In this document: in pieces, positions 38,498 to 52,003 of the stretch | Layout of the letters: every line of letters begins with the position of its first letter | Position numbering within the stretch: the first letter of the stretch is position 1 | From: Octopus sinensis | Taxonomy: Eukaryota | Direction: 5' to 3' | DNA length: 64,000 nt | Assembly (NCBI RefSeq): GCF_006345805.1 | Contig: NC_042998.1 | Location: 56,234,001-56,298,000, forward strand | The notes under the pieces: model-generated | What the model saw: only the letters and a program-made list of their open reading frames with translations | Database searches by the model: none | Told to the model about the DNA's origin: nothing | Translations under genes and position numbers: made by a program

Positions 38498-39703
38498 CGA
38501 GAGTTGACTGAAAAGGCTATGGGCTGACCAAGATACTGAAATGTAACCGAATGAGGTTTATTTCTCAACATAGTCCCCCTATCGGTGCTGTAGTGTTTGG
38601 ATTCCAATTATGAAGAAGCTTTCATCCTGTTGGTCGAAAAGCCATCAGCAACTGATATAATGTCATCATCACTATGATATTGCTTCCCAGCCAAGGTTTT
38701 TTTCATGTCGAGGAACAGATGATAGTCAGATGGGCCAAATCAGGAGAATGGGGAGAGTGATCAACCAGTCCAATGCCACTGTCACCTACAGCAGCCATTG
38801 AAACTAACGATTTGTGTGCCTGGAGCATTGCCCTCATGAAACAAGACGCCTTTCGTCCGTTTTCCTGGGCGTTTGATCTTGATAGCCTTTCGTAACTACC
38901 TTAGCAACTTGGTATAGCCCTTTTGAAGATAGTCGATAAACACAATGCCCTTTGCATCCCATAAAACTGAAGTCATTACCTTTCCTGCAGATGAAATGAC
39001 CTTGGCCTTCTTTGGAATTGGTGAGGAGGTGCGTTTCCACCGCATGGATTGTCTCTTTGTCTCTGGCTCAAAGTGATGAAGCCAACACTCATCCTATCTT
39101 AGGAAACGTTCAAGGAAGTCAGCTGGAGCTGCTCCAAACAATGTCAGATCCTCTCGTGAAGTGATCGGCCAGGTGCGTTTTAAATCGGGTGCCAGAAGAC
39201 ATAGACCCCACCGAACAGAAATCTTCGTCATGCCGTGTTCATTGTACAGAATATTTTCAACTATCTTACGGGACATGCTAATAGTGGCTATTTAATTTAT
39301 AGTCAATTGCCTGTCATCCGTCAGTATGTGGTGAACACAATCAATGTTTTCCTTGGTAGTTGCAGTTGCAGAACCTCCAAACCTTGGGCCATGTTCAAGA
39401 ATCTCCAATCCACTCGTAAATTCAGCTGTCCCCTTTTGCATTGTTGATAAAACCGGAGCGTCATCCCTTAATGTAGCAATCACGTCAGCATGAATGTCCT
39501 TTTCTGCAGGTACTCGGTAATACCAGAATGCCAAATTTTGTCCATTTTCAAGAAAAGTCACTACTAGTTACTTTTGAAGTCTTTTTTGAACAGTCAGATG
39601 TCAGTTTCCCTGGAAAGAAACAAAGCAGTTATGAATAAGAAGAGCTGAAATTAATGTACGCAGGATTTCACAGTTCTAGCATCACCCATTCAGCCTACCC
39701 TCC
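38498..39703 (-). mobile_element. Near full-length degenerate mariner (DD34D-type) transposon
   Basis: Imperfect TIRs; KISVRW (WVP-like region), KKAKVISSAGKVM.SVLWD, GVLFHEGNAP and HSPDLA motifs; multiple stops. Confidence 0.85.
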
Positions 39704-40140
39704 TATACATACATATGTGTGTGTGGGTGTGTGTGTGTGGTGTGTGCATACGTGTATTCGTGCATGAGCGCGCGCGTGTGTATGTGTGTGTGTGTGCGTG
39801 AGAGAGGGAGAGAGAGAGTGTGGAAAGGGGTACAGTAAAGTGCGACACGCACCCAAAATCGGACTCAGTAGTGAATTCCACACTCCACTCCAGTATCTAG
39901 TGTAATATAAAGCGAGACACCAACTTCGGAATAGGCTAGTGGGCAGCATACAAGCCAGAAAATAGAAAAAATAACAAGCAGAAACGTGTGTAACATTGAA
40001 AGCTCTATCAGACACACGTGTTTCGTTATAATGCCAAAACAATCACTTAACAGTTGTTGAAGCGTAATACACTCATGCATTTCACCTCATCAGTATCCCG
40101 TAATAAATACAAGCGATGTTAAAGTTCCAAATGTATACAC

Positions 40141-40416
40141 TTAAGGTAATTTTATGTTATTCACAATCTCCCAATAGTCATGTCTAACATATAGTGTAAG
40201 TAGTTTGTCTATGATTGCTAGCCCCTCTCTTTCATCCTCGCCTCCCATTTCCAGAAAAAAAGAGGTTCCCCACGACATTTCTTTGGGTGCAAAATCACGG
40301 CAGTTCTGGAAAAGATTGAAACTGACCCCAGAATGATGAGAGGTAAAGTTACCCGTCAGTGGGATTTGGGCAAATACAGTAAAATATTTTATCCGATGAT
40401 TAAGTAACTCTGCCAA
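40141..40416 (-). other. Unassigned coding-like ORF (91 aa, non-repetitive composition)
   Basis: Open frame with an internal acceptor-like site tcttttccag|AACTGC; no homology recognised. Confidence 0.2.
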
Positions 40417-40440
40417 TTAAGTCATTTAGTATATTTTGCT

Positions 40441-41170
40441 TTTTACTTGTTTCAGTCATAGGAAGCACTCCGTCTGTTACGACGACGAGGGTTCCGGTTG
40501 ATCCGATCAACGGAACAGCCTGCTCGTGAAATTAACGTGCAAGTGGGTGAGCACTCCACAGACACGTGTACCCTTAACGTAGTTCTCGGGGATATTCAGC
40601 GTGACACAGAGAGTGACAAGGCCGGCCCTTTGAAATACAGGTACAATAGAAACAGGAAGTAAGAGTGAGATAAAGTTGTGGTGAAAGAGTACAGCAGGGA
40701 TCACCACCATCCCTGCCGGAGCCTCGTGGAGCTTTAGGTGTTTTCGCTCAATAAACACTCACAACGCCCGGTCTGGGAATCGAAACCGCGATCCTATGAC
40801 CGCGAGTCCGCTGCCCCAACCACTGGGCCATTGCGCCTCCACTGCTTCAGTCATAGGACTGCGGCCATAATGAAACACCGTCTTGAAGAATTTAGCCGAA
40901 CGAATCAACCCTAGTGCTTTTTTTTTAAAGTCTAGTACTTATTCTATCGATCTCTTTCACCAAATCATTAAGTTACGGGAACATAAATAAACGAACACCG
41001 GTTGTCAAGCGACGGGTTTCTTTCAGTTTCAGCCCTACCGAATCCACTTACAAGGCATCGATTGGTGCGCGGCTATTGCAGAAGTCACTTACTCAAGGTA
41101 CTGTAGTGGCACTGAACTCGAAAAAACATGGTCGCAAAACGAGCTTCTTGACCACACCGTTATGCTTGCA
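40441..41170 (-). mobile_element. SINE family C copy interrupted by a family B copy
   Basis: Family C tail and head flank the insertion; TSD ttcagtcatagga. Confidence 0.8.
40464..40841 (-). mobile_element. SINE family B, young full-length copy
   Basis: Near-identical to 28283-28665. Confidence 0.9.
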
Positions 41171-41933
41171 TCTGCATAATTTTCTTACTTAAGTAAACAT
41201 TAAATACATGCAAACATGTAGCAATTTTGTACTATTTATTTTTAATTAAATTTACTATAAATTATAAAATTAAATAGATGAAACATCTTTTATTTGTGTC
41301 TCACAACTATTGAACGTTTTCCCTTCATTCGTTGGTCAATCACAAAATACTTCTCAAACCATTTTCAACTGAATGTGAAGTCGAAGCAATTTCTCGGGGA
41401 ATCACAACAAATAAATCGAATTTCATTGAGTTCGGTATAATTGACAAGTGGAATAACTTCGAGATTCATTCGGTTAGAATAGACAGGATGCTCAATTATT
41501 TAAGATGAGAGTGTCTGGAAAATAAAACATAGACAGATAGATAGATTGATAGATAGATAAAGACAAGTAAGACATAGAGAAAGAAATACTTTATCTGTAG
41601 AAAAGTGTTTCGTTTTGTTATTTCTATTTTGTGCTAGAATTGCTGTCTGAAAGTGATTATTTAATTCGAAAATTCCAGCTCAAGAGATTTGTCGACATTT
41701 CACATGAAAAACTGAAGTCAACACAGCAAAAGTATTTTACCTACAGGCTAATAAAAATATAACATTGAATAATTTTATTTAATTTAACTTCTCTTTTTTT
41801 CCGCTTTTGTTCCTAATCACTAATTGATCACATCCTAAACTATTTTGTATGAAATATCGAAAACTGAATATAAATTGGTATAGCTATCTATCTATCTTCA
41901 TATTTTACTTTTTACTATCGCTTTCAATTTCTG

Positions 41934-41996
<63 letters not shown>

Positions 41997-41997
<1 letters not shown>

Positions 41998-42720
41998 TTG
42001 TAGAGACACCCGGCGTTGCTCGGGATTAAAATGGCAGTTATGTTGAAACAGGTGATATGGGAAAGTGCAGCATTGACAGCAAAACTTTTGTGGAATAAAT
42101 GATGGGCTAATTCGACTAAGCAATATGCTATGCGTCCGTTTGGAGTATTTCAGGCCCTAACCTGTGGGGGTTATGTGATTTTTGAACGCACGGAGAAGCT
42201 GTCAGTGGATATACTCTCTTTCGCAGCAGTCGGCGCTGTGTCTAATCTAACACGACCCATCATCTGAAATGTTGACACCTCCTTCGGGTTTGTTGTCCTA
42301 CATCACTCATAAAGTAAATTTGGAGTAACTGTGGTTGTTCATTTGTAGGTAACAGGGAACCAATGAGGTGATAGACTTGCCCTTGAACTTCGACGTCGTC
42401 GTAAATTCATGTTTGTCTTCTTAGATGCTCCAAACGATGTCATTTGCAGAGTTGTATTGTCTGATATTGTCCAGAAAATCCTTTGACTGGATGGAAATGC
42501 CTTCTAGAAGATCCATAAGAGGTTGAGAAGGAGCTGGTAGTACTGGCAATGTTACCTGACCGCATGAGCAGCACATACCATTTGTTTCATTTGAAAATTC
42601 TAAAGCTCTACAGAAAAAACAATTTGTGTTTAGCACACCAATTTGGACAGAGTTATTATTTTTACAAGAATGGGATGGATCATATCTGAAAACAGCTTTA
42701 GGAGTTACATATATATATAT
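41997..42720 (-). mobile_element. Internally deleted Helitron (Rep N-terminal coding remnant fused to the 3' terminus)
   Basis: CFFCRALEFSNETNGMCC..GQVTLP...FLDNIRQYNSA, MTSFGA and GQVYHLIGSLLP..QIYF; 3' hairpin CCCGAGCAACGCCGGG then CAAG|T at 42000-41997. Confidence 0.85.
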
Positions 42721-43129
42721 ATATATTCAGATATTATAACTGTTCAGCCATGCATCCATCGCTATAGGATTTTATAAAAATACCAAATGGATTAAGAAAT
42801 TAAAAGATAGTGGGACAACAATACGTTATTGAATTTAAGGGATAAAATCTTGTACAACACTTTTCCTACTCTCTCGGTCGCCATAGCAGGCTCCAGTAAC
42901 AAGTATTGCAAGATGACTGGTACTATTTTGACTGCAAGGTTTACGTTAGAATACCTCCCACCCCGGCTTTGTCAAAATAACCTTAACATCTTCTACTCCT
43001 GGGAAATTTAACTCATAGGTGAAACCGTGACAAGTACTATTATTAAGGGTCAGAACGTATCTGGGAGTAATGATAATTAAGTGGTAATTCCATGCTCCTT
43101 ACAACTCCGAGCGCCTAAACTGGACCCTC

Positions 43130-43305
43130 ACTACCAGATGCCTTGTTTGAAGATAATAAGCAGAAATATACACTGATAAAAAGAGGCAAGAAAGGGTTTG
43201 TTTGTGGTCAATGATCGTTCTCTCCTTATTTGTGATACCTGCAACTGTATTCGATTCTCCCAAGCTGGACTAGTTAGTCATAAGCGGAAGCACTTATTTA
43301 GGCCA
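43130..43305 (+). mobile_element. RTE-BovB-like LINE extreme 3' end
   Basis: ICDTCNCIRFSQAGLVSHKRKH terminal zinc-finger-like motif. Confidence 0.65.
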
Positions 43306-44864
43306 CTAGAAGTAAATCTTGGTTGACAATGCACATGAAATGTCCCAATAACTATTTCTAACAATCTTCACAGCGAAATCAAGTATTTTCATGTCTGTGT
43401 GGAAAAGTTTGTAAATTTCTTGCTGGACTAAATTGTCATTTCTGGTCATATAACATGTAAAACTATTTCTAACCATCTCGCAAATTTAAACTGTAAATAT
43501 TCAGCTCCATATTACCTGCGAATTTGTATGTAGTTAGCTTTTAACAAGTTTGGCGCCTATGTGTATGCACTGTGTTAGTGCTGGCCATGAGAAGAGTCAT
43601 ACTCGAATAATGAGGCGGCAACCACTATCATGTACGTATGTGTGTATGTATAAGGGGGATAGATTTTTTTAGCCAACATGTACAATATTGACTAAAGCAG
43701 AATCCCGCTGTCAGAGTTGACCCTACATCTCTACATGTATGTGCAGGCTTAGGCAAGTTTTTGTGGCTGACTGGGATTTGCCCATACATGCAAGTCTGTA
43801 CACGTCACGTCACCTATATCGTCCAAAGGAAAGGCGGCTGCTTTATGGTCAATCGATATAGCTTGGCATCAATGTCGTCCCAGGAAGAAATACTGCGAGG
43901 CGTCTTTTTGGAGCTCCAACGACTCACCCAATTCGCTGTATGGCTGACTAAAAATTTATAAATACATTCGTAGTACAGTATAGCAATAACTAGCGTGTCT
44001 TTATTATTTTAATACGTTGTCGGTGTGTGTGTGTGTGGGGGGGGTGTTTGAGAGAGATTTTACTGCTATTTCTAGGAGACCAAGCAAAGATGCACATACT
44101 CCTTCATTGGATTGTTACATCAGTCGATTCTACCTCTTCCATAAAAATATGTGTTAAATATGACATTGTACCAAAATTATATTTGCTGCACTAAATGGTT
44201 TGACAATATCTCAGGCTAAATTTTCGGTAGCGTTTAGTTATAGCAATCAGCATTTAGAGTTGAGTCTTTGTTGCAGTCGAATTTGTTTTCTATGCTTCCG
44301 ATATCGATAAAGTATATAACTATCAAGTACCGTAGTTGATATCAATGACTATATTAATTCGAAAATTAGATACAGACTTATCGAATTACATCCAACGTTC
44401 ATGGAATTATCATCTAAACTTCCCACTTCCAACCACTTTCTGGTTTGCTGCCGATAATGGATATCATTGATATGATCGGTATTATTTCTGGCAGTAACCA
44501 TGTTACAGTCTCAACCATTTGTGTTTTCGTGTACCAGAGACTACTCGGTCCAATGTTTTTTTTTTAAATTAAAAATGGTAATATATGGATTGGGGGATAT
44601 TTGGCTGCTATTTATAGCAAGTTGATTGACATCATAGAGGCCTTTCCATCTGTTCGTTTGGTATCTTACATTGGTGAGATCAAATCTTAACGAGTTCAAC
44701 TTACCTAAATCCCAGTATAGAATTGGGTCCGTGTAAGGCGTAAAGTCGATGCAGGTGGAATATGAACACGCAATCAAAATGAAAGAAATGTATTAATTTA
44801 AAACATTATCTTGTCATCAGGATAGGGGTTGTATTGGTTTCAAACTTTAGCACAAGGGCAGAGA

Positions 44865-45085
44865 TATGGGTAATATTGGTTTCAAAATTTGGCACAGGGC
44901 CAGCAGTTTCGGGGAAGGGCTAAGTCGATTAAATCGACCCCAGGACTCAAATGGTACTTATTTTATCAACTCCGAAAGGATGAAAGGCAAAGTCAACCCT
45001 GGCCACATTTGAACCCAGAACGTAAAGATGGACGAAATGTCTCTAAGCATTTTTCTCGGCGTGCTAACGCTTCTGCTAATTAGCC
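44865..45085 (-). mobile_element. Older SINE family A copy
   Basis: Reverse-complement body and tail. Confidence 0.75.
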
Positions 45086-46380
45086 ATCTTAAGGGTATGG
45101 GTAATATTGAATACCAATAAGATCATAATCGATATGATGACTGATAAATTGCTTTGCCTTATTTGTGTCTCTCAACGTTCTGAGTTCAAAATTACACCGA
45201 TGTCAACTTTGCCTTCCATCCTCTGGGATCGATAACGTAAATGCCACGTATGTTCAGATATTATACGTATAAGTGACAAATCTCTCTGGCAAATGATGTG
45301 TGATGTTTTATCTTTAGAAATCAATGTGAGTTTTATGCTGTTTGTTATTTAAATCCAGATACGCTCTTAATAAGCAGACTTATGTCCCTAAGACATGCCA
45401 GCAGTGACCATTCCAACTTCAAAGCATATTTCAAGGCTTACATTATCCTGTGTAACCTTTCTTAATAAAAAGAACGAGTAGAGTATGATTTGAAGCAGAT
45501 TCCACCACTATTTCTAATTAGCCGAGTGACTCAATAAAAACCTTTTCCCAGATGCTTTAGTTACATGAAGCGCGAAATAGAACAACTTCATCTAGGAATT
45601 GAAACTCCGTTGCGCGATAACTCTGCTGTTGCAATACTTAAATGAATGCAGTTAAACAGTAAATGCTATTAACACTTCAGCAAATTTGTAAAACAAAATC
45701 CCCACAAAACAAAAATAAAACGAAATTTTACTCTCTAAAGATAATCAATTTCGTTTCTGAAGCTGCGATTTGTTAACATCGATGTTGTTAATGTTTCTGT
45801 CTCTTTATTTTTTTTTTTTACCAAAAATTCCAAATTTAATGACGTCACCAGAATGGGAATTTTATTGCTAGTTTTCTTTGTTGCTTGAACTTAAAACCAT
45901 CTTTGCACAAAAACAAGAAATTCTAAAGTAATTTTCAATTTTGTTTGCATGAGAGAAAACATAGCAGTTTGTTGAAGAAGCAAAAGGAGACAAAACATAA
46001 AATATTTATTACATTCTGATATAAATATAATTAGGCATTAAGCAACAAGTTGCTCCACCACATGCCGAAAATTTAGAAATAGCAGCCAAAGACAGCTTAT
46101 TCCTTTTAACTACAGATATTACCCCACAGATAACAATATTTGTAACTCACATAGGCAAAAGAAGAAAAATAACGAAATCAAACAGTCTTCGATTAATTGT
46201 GGACGCGTTTCTGGGTTAGAATTATACAAATTCATTCCCGTTCTCAGCACAATAATTCGATAATTTATAAATTTGAAAATGCTGGGAACCTACTCCCTGC
46301 ATCCCGATCCAGCGCCATCGGAAAATAACAGAAGATAGTCAGCACATCCAAATCTATATAGACGAGGGAATTCGTATTTT

Positions 46381-46695
46381 CCCTCCAAGATTACCATGTG
46401 CGTCACAAGATAGTACCGCAGAAAGAGAACTGCAGTTCGTTATATGGGAGTGAAAAATTCATTGCAACTTGTTACTTAACCCTTAATTATATTTGTATAT
46501 ATAAAAAACTTTTTGTAAAAGTTCTTACCGATAATGGTTCTCTTTACATACCGAAACTACTTGGTAAAATTGATTAATTATTGAATTAATAATGCTTTAC
46601 CCTTATATTTGTAATGAATTTTTCACTCCCATGTAACAAACTGCAGTTCTCTTTCTGTGGTACTATCTTGTGATGCACATGGTAATCTTGGAGGG
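46381..46695 (+). mobile_element. Inverted-repeat cassette (87-bp arms) with a degenerate hammerhead relic at 46525-46567
   Basis: Arms 46381-46467 and 46609-46695 differ by 5 transitions; centre TTACC-GATAA-T-GGT...ACC-GAAA-CTAC-TT-GGTAA. Confidence 0.7.
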
Positions 46696-47865
46696 AAGCA
46701 ATTTTCGAAGCAATTTTTTCGACTTCATCATTTCTTTTATTCATTTATTCATTATATTGGCCATAAAGGCCTTACACAGAAGGGAAGCTATGGGCAGGAC
46801 ATGGACATAATGTTATGAAATGACAAAGGAAAATGATGATAAATGAAGGCAACAAGCTACGCCCACCGATTGCTGCTTATCCGAGAACATTGTTCTATTA
46901 TATTACATTTACGAGGCAACAAACCTCTTACATTTTTCACAGTGCAATACAAAATTCATTTACGAGAAAACAAGCCTCTTGCATTTTTTACAGTTCAAAA
47001 ACAAAAATGAGGCACTAAGCCTCTTAGCTTTATTTTGAACTTTCATGCCCTACCAGGCTCCTCGCTTCATTCAAACACCTGGACGGTGCCAAGTCGGGCC
47101 ATTTTAACATAAATCTAAAGGTGTCCTCGGGGAAGGAGTCCATCACCCTGGGCTACTTTCTTAATATGCTTTACAAGATAAGTTTTGACAATACCTACAA
47201 CAAACTCTAATGCCAATACGATGTATTCTTTCGCATGTCATGTGCTTATTAATGTAGTTTATAGCCTGTTGATATTTGTATTATACATATATTTATTTCT
47301 CTGCAGTTAAACTACGCAAAGTTGATAAATGCTTACAGAAACTCATGCGCTAGGACAGATAAGTTATATAAAAACTAAGTGGGGCAAAGACGTTATATAA
47401 AATGATGTAAAAATAAGGATATAAAATAACTATAAAATGAGATATTTAAGAAGTACGTATATTTACAGTTTCCGTCTACATAACGAGTGAAAAGATATTG
47501 GTTAGGTCGAGGTATAACATGACTCGGCCACCTTCACCAAAGTATCATGTGAAAACCAGCCACTGATTAATCGATAACTCGTGAAAAAGTCGTGACTTGA
47601 AGTCTGTAACTGTGACGACTCAAGTTCGAGTCTCCTGAGATTATCTATAACTGAGAATATGTATCTGTCTCTCTGTATGTGTTCATCATTAAACTCGAGA
47701 ACTACCCAACTGGTATCATTCAAATTTTACACATGCATTACTTAGGGTCCACGGAGTGTCATGAGTAAAAAAAAATTTCAACTTCTTGTTTAATGTGAGC
47801 CTGGAGTCAACTCTTACACTGTTTTGGTATTACGAGTAAAAAGTAAAACAATAACATCTCTATTG

Positions 47866-47933
<68 letters not shown>

Positions 47934-48000
47934 GTTTCACTTTTAATAGATTCATTTCTATTAGTTTCACTATGTACATATATATATATATATATTTTAA

Positions 48001-48160
48001 TTTAATTTATTTTTATTTTATTTTTTTTTGTTTTTTTTGTTTTATAAATATCAAAAGTATTAAAGGTTTAATAAAAGATAAACTTTTAATACTTTTGATA
48101 TTTATAAAACAAAAAAAAACAAAAATAAAATAAAATAAAAATAAATAAATAAATTAATTA
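48001..48160. repeat. AT-rich near-palindrome next to (TA)n
   Basis: tgttttataaatatcaaaagtattaaa / tttaatacttttgatattttataaaaca with T-rich and A-rich flanks. Confidence 0.75.
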
Positions 48161-48360
48161 ATTAATAAAATAATATATAAATATAAAAATATACATACAT
48201 ACATATATATATATATTTGTATATATATATTTAAAATTTATTAGTTTAAATTATTTAAATAATTTTTTCATTTTTAACTTCTATATTTTTAAATTAATTT
48301 TATGTATTGGCTTATGTTTTTCAGTTTGATTTGCCTAATAGTGGTTTTATCTCTAATTTA

Positions 48361-48410
<50 letters not shown>

Positions 48411-48509
48411 ATATGTATATATATATGCGTATATATATATGCATGTATATATATGTATATATGCGTATTTATACACATATATCTATCTATGCATATATAT
48501 ATATATGTG

Positions 48510-48574
<65 letters not shown>

Positions 48575-48764
48575 ATATATGTATATGTATATGTATATGT
48601 ATAGATATACATATATGCATATATATATAGGTATATATGCATTTGAGTATATGTATATGCATATATATTTATGCATATATCTATCTATCTGTCTATCTAT
48701 ATATATATATATATATAATATATATATATACCATATATATATACCATATATATATATATATACC

Positions 48765-48811
<47 letters not shown>

Positions 48812-48853
48812 CCATATATATATATATACATACATATATACATATATATAAAT

Positions 48854-49000
48854 AGGTGCGGGCGTGTCTGTGTGCTAAGAAGCTTGCTTCTCAAACACAT
48901 GGTTTCGGGTTCTGTCCCACTGCGTGGCACCTTGGGCAATTGTCTTGTACTATAGCTATGTGAGTGAATTTGGTTGACGGAAAATGAAAGAAGTCTGTCC
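48854..49000 (+). mobile_element. SINE family C 5' half
   Basis: Homologous to 21007-21170. Confidence 0.8.
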
Positions 49001-49129
49001 TATATATATATATATATAATATAATATAATATAATATAATATAGTATAAATGATATATAATTATATGCATATATGCATACTTATATGTACATACCTACAT
49101 ATATATTTATATATATATATGCATATGTG

Positions 49130-51243
49130 GGTACAGGACATTAAAAAAACTTTGAACACAATGAGAAACGTAAACATAAAAATAAAAACATAGAAACGAA
49201 CTTTTTTTGAACAACGAAAAAAAGCAAACAAACAGAGAAACGAGACATACAACATAAAGAATATTCCCCTTCTTCAGTTGGCCCTGTTTCAACTACTCCA
49301 GGTTCCGAAGGTAAGGACAAGACGCGACCTCGTTTAAACAGTCCTTTCCGCAAAGCAAATTAAGTAAAATTTGGGATTTTTTGCGGAGAGTGAAAGTGGT
49401 AACAATAACAGGACAGTAAGAACAAGCCAGTAAAAACAATAAAAAGGTAAAAACATTAAAAAACTGAACAATGAGAACAAAACAGTAAAAACAAACGGTG
49501 AGGGTTGTTAAGCAAAGACGATGGTAAAATTATTCTGAACGTTTAGGAAGACGAGTTTATGAAGGAAACAGTATAAGCACGTTTAGTCTTTACGAAGGTT
49601 GTGGGTAGAAAGGTGGATTTTCTTTCGTCACTTATCAGCGACGAAAGAGTCGAGGAGGAGGAGTGAGAGAGAGGAAACGGTGAAGAGGTTCCCTCTCTCT
49701 CTCAGTGGGAAAGCCTTTTACGTTTCGAGCCAACGCTCTTCAACGGAAGGGAATAAGAGAAAAGAAACAAAGAAAGAATAAAAAAAATTGTGGATTTAGT
49801 GGTCAAGTATGGCGACTGGTTGGTAAAAAAAAAGACCGATGTACAGAGAAGGACAGAAAGAGCAGGAATTCAGTAAATGACGTTGCTAGAAGTGCAGGTA
49901 AAGGATTCGGTGATATAATAGGGACGATGATGGGTGCCTGTGAGGATGGCGGTTTTGGAGAGGTAGGGGCAAGTGCGCAGCGTGGGCGGCGTCAAGGGAA
50001 CGAGCCAGGTTGGGAGGTTGGGTTAGGGAAGAAAGTGTGGACCAGGTGGTCACACAGGTTGTGGGCTCGTTTGAAGGAGGGAATGGGTAGGTTGGGGAAG
50101 ATGTGTGAAGTAGAAGGGTCGGACTGGAGTCACCGGATGGCTGGGAGAATGGTGCATTGGAGGAGCAGGGTGGAGGGGTAGTAGGTGAGGGGAAACGGAA
50201 GACAGGAATCGGCGAGGCGGGTGGAGGGTGAGAGAGCAGAGGCACGGTCCATGAAATGTGCTCTGGCAAGCGCTGTATGGATAGTGGTGAGGAGATATCC
50301 ATGAAGGATGAAGTGGCGAGCCATGAGCTGCAGTGCTTGCTCAGACGGAGGAATTGGTAGTAGAGGATGGAGAGCCTGATATGGGTAGGGTGGGAGGAGA
50401 AGTTACGGCATGAGTGTGAGTCGGTGTGTTTGAAGTGGATGGGTGTAGTGAGAGCAGAGTGGTGTATGTTGACCGAAATGTCCAGAAATGCGACGTAAGT
50501 GTTGGAAATAGTGCAGGAAAATTCGTGGGATGGGTGGAAGGATTGGAAAAAGAGAAGGAGCCTAGTTGTTCGCGGGAGAATGAAGTTGCACCGATATAGT
50601 CATCAATATAACGACCAGTGAGTCGTTAGAATATTTGGGCCTCAACGTAGCCAACGAACATGTTCGCATAGTTGGGGCACATTCTCGTTCCCATGGTCAC
50701 AGCCGAGTATTGTTGATAAAAATTCCCCGCGAACGAGAAGCAGTTGAGAGAACAAGTTAAGCCAGACGAAGTTTCAAGGTGTCAGATTGGGGGCTAGGTA
50801 GAAGGTCTAGGAGGTGTTTGAATGTAAGACGTCCTTCGTTGAATGGGATCGGCATATATAGACTCTCGATATCAAGATTGAAGAGAAGTTTAGAGGGGCC
50901 AGGAGTTATGGAGAAAGAGCTGAAGAGACGGAGAGCATGGTTAGTGGATGTGGGACGGAAGAGATGCCACTAAGGGTGCAAGGACATGGTTGAGGTATTT
51001 TGAGATCAATTCCGCGGGGCAGTTACAGGAGGGGACGATGGGGCGGCCAGGGTTGTTGGGTTTGTGGATTTCGGGAAGGAAGTAAATGGTAGAGGTGCGT
51101 AGAGTGCGGAAAATGAGGTTGGAGGCGGTGGGAGGGGGACGGGGGGAAGAGATGTGGTCATGGATAGTGTTGGTAGCTAGGCGTGGAATTAGAGGGCAGA
51201 AGGCAATAGAAGGAGGTGTCTTGAAGTTGGCGGAGGGCTTCAG
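49130..51243 (-). mobile_element. Penelope-like element, Neptune-type RT plus GIY-YIG, 5'-truncated, with terminal non-coding region
   Basis: YFLPEIHKPNNPGRPIV, MGTRMCPNYANMFVG, RYIDD and FTCTSSNVIY..LYIG motifs; frameshifted. Confidence 0.9.
49714..49751 (-). ncRNA. Variant hammerhead-like motif in the PLE terminus (core CCGUUGA+A)
   Basis: CCCTT-CCGTTGA-A-GAGC-GTTG-GCTC-GAAA-CG-TA-AAAGG. Confidence 0.5.
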
Positions 51244-51970
51244 CCTTATGCACATATACATACACATATATGAATGTAATACATTCACATACAAATGTAT
51301 AGTTTCACATTCATTGGCTTCTTATATGTTTTTGGTATATATAGCACCACAAAAGTATTTCAACATATGCACATACTCGTACATAGATGCATGTGTGTTC
51401 ACACATACACACAAATGTATATGTGCATGCATATAATTGTGTATGTTCCGATACACATTTACAGGAACTTGATGAAAAGAAATTCTATTCACTCATAAGG
51501 TGCAATATTCAATGATCATAATTTGTTATGTAATTAATATAAAACGAAAATGGAAATATCAAATAAGAAATAAATTGCATCTGATTTTGATAAGTCTTTG
51601 TGTTAATATTTTTCTCTTTCCGATGATTATTATGTCAAGTACAAGCTTTATTTTACTAAAAGCTGTAATTAGAAGATATAACTTGTCTAGTTCAATTGCC
51701 AGTTTAGAAATGTGCAGAAAAAATAGAGGGAGCCTTATTGTTAAGGAATTTATTGATTTATAAAATGTTTTAATAGCAAACCGATGTTTGTATTGATTCA
51801 AGAATAGGTTTAACACTAAGTCTTTTTTGATAACTAGTCTAGAAATGTATACAAGACAAAGGTTTGTCATAAATAAAATTTGAGCGTGAATTTTGAGACA
51901 TGATATCCGTAAAAGGTCTCAACTAGGTGCAGTTTCGAGTTCCAAGTATTACATTTTAAGTTTTTTACAG

Positions 51971-52003
51971 ATATTCTGTGCCAATGTAACCAACCAAAAG
52001 AAA
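51971..52003 (+). CDS. Candidate 33-nt micro-exon (IFCANVTNQKK or ILCQCNQPKE)
   Basis: Acceptor ttttaagttttttacag| and donor AAA|gtaagg. Confidence 0.3.

Noticed and set aside
47502-47723. Protein-like 73-aa minus-strand ORF
   Set aside because: No recognisable homology and only weak splice signals.
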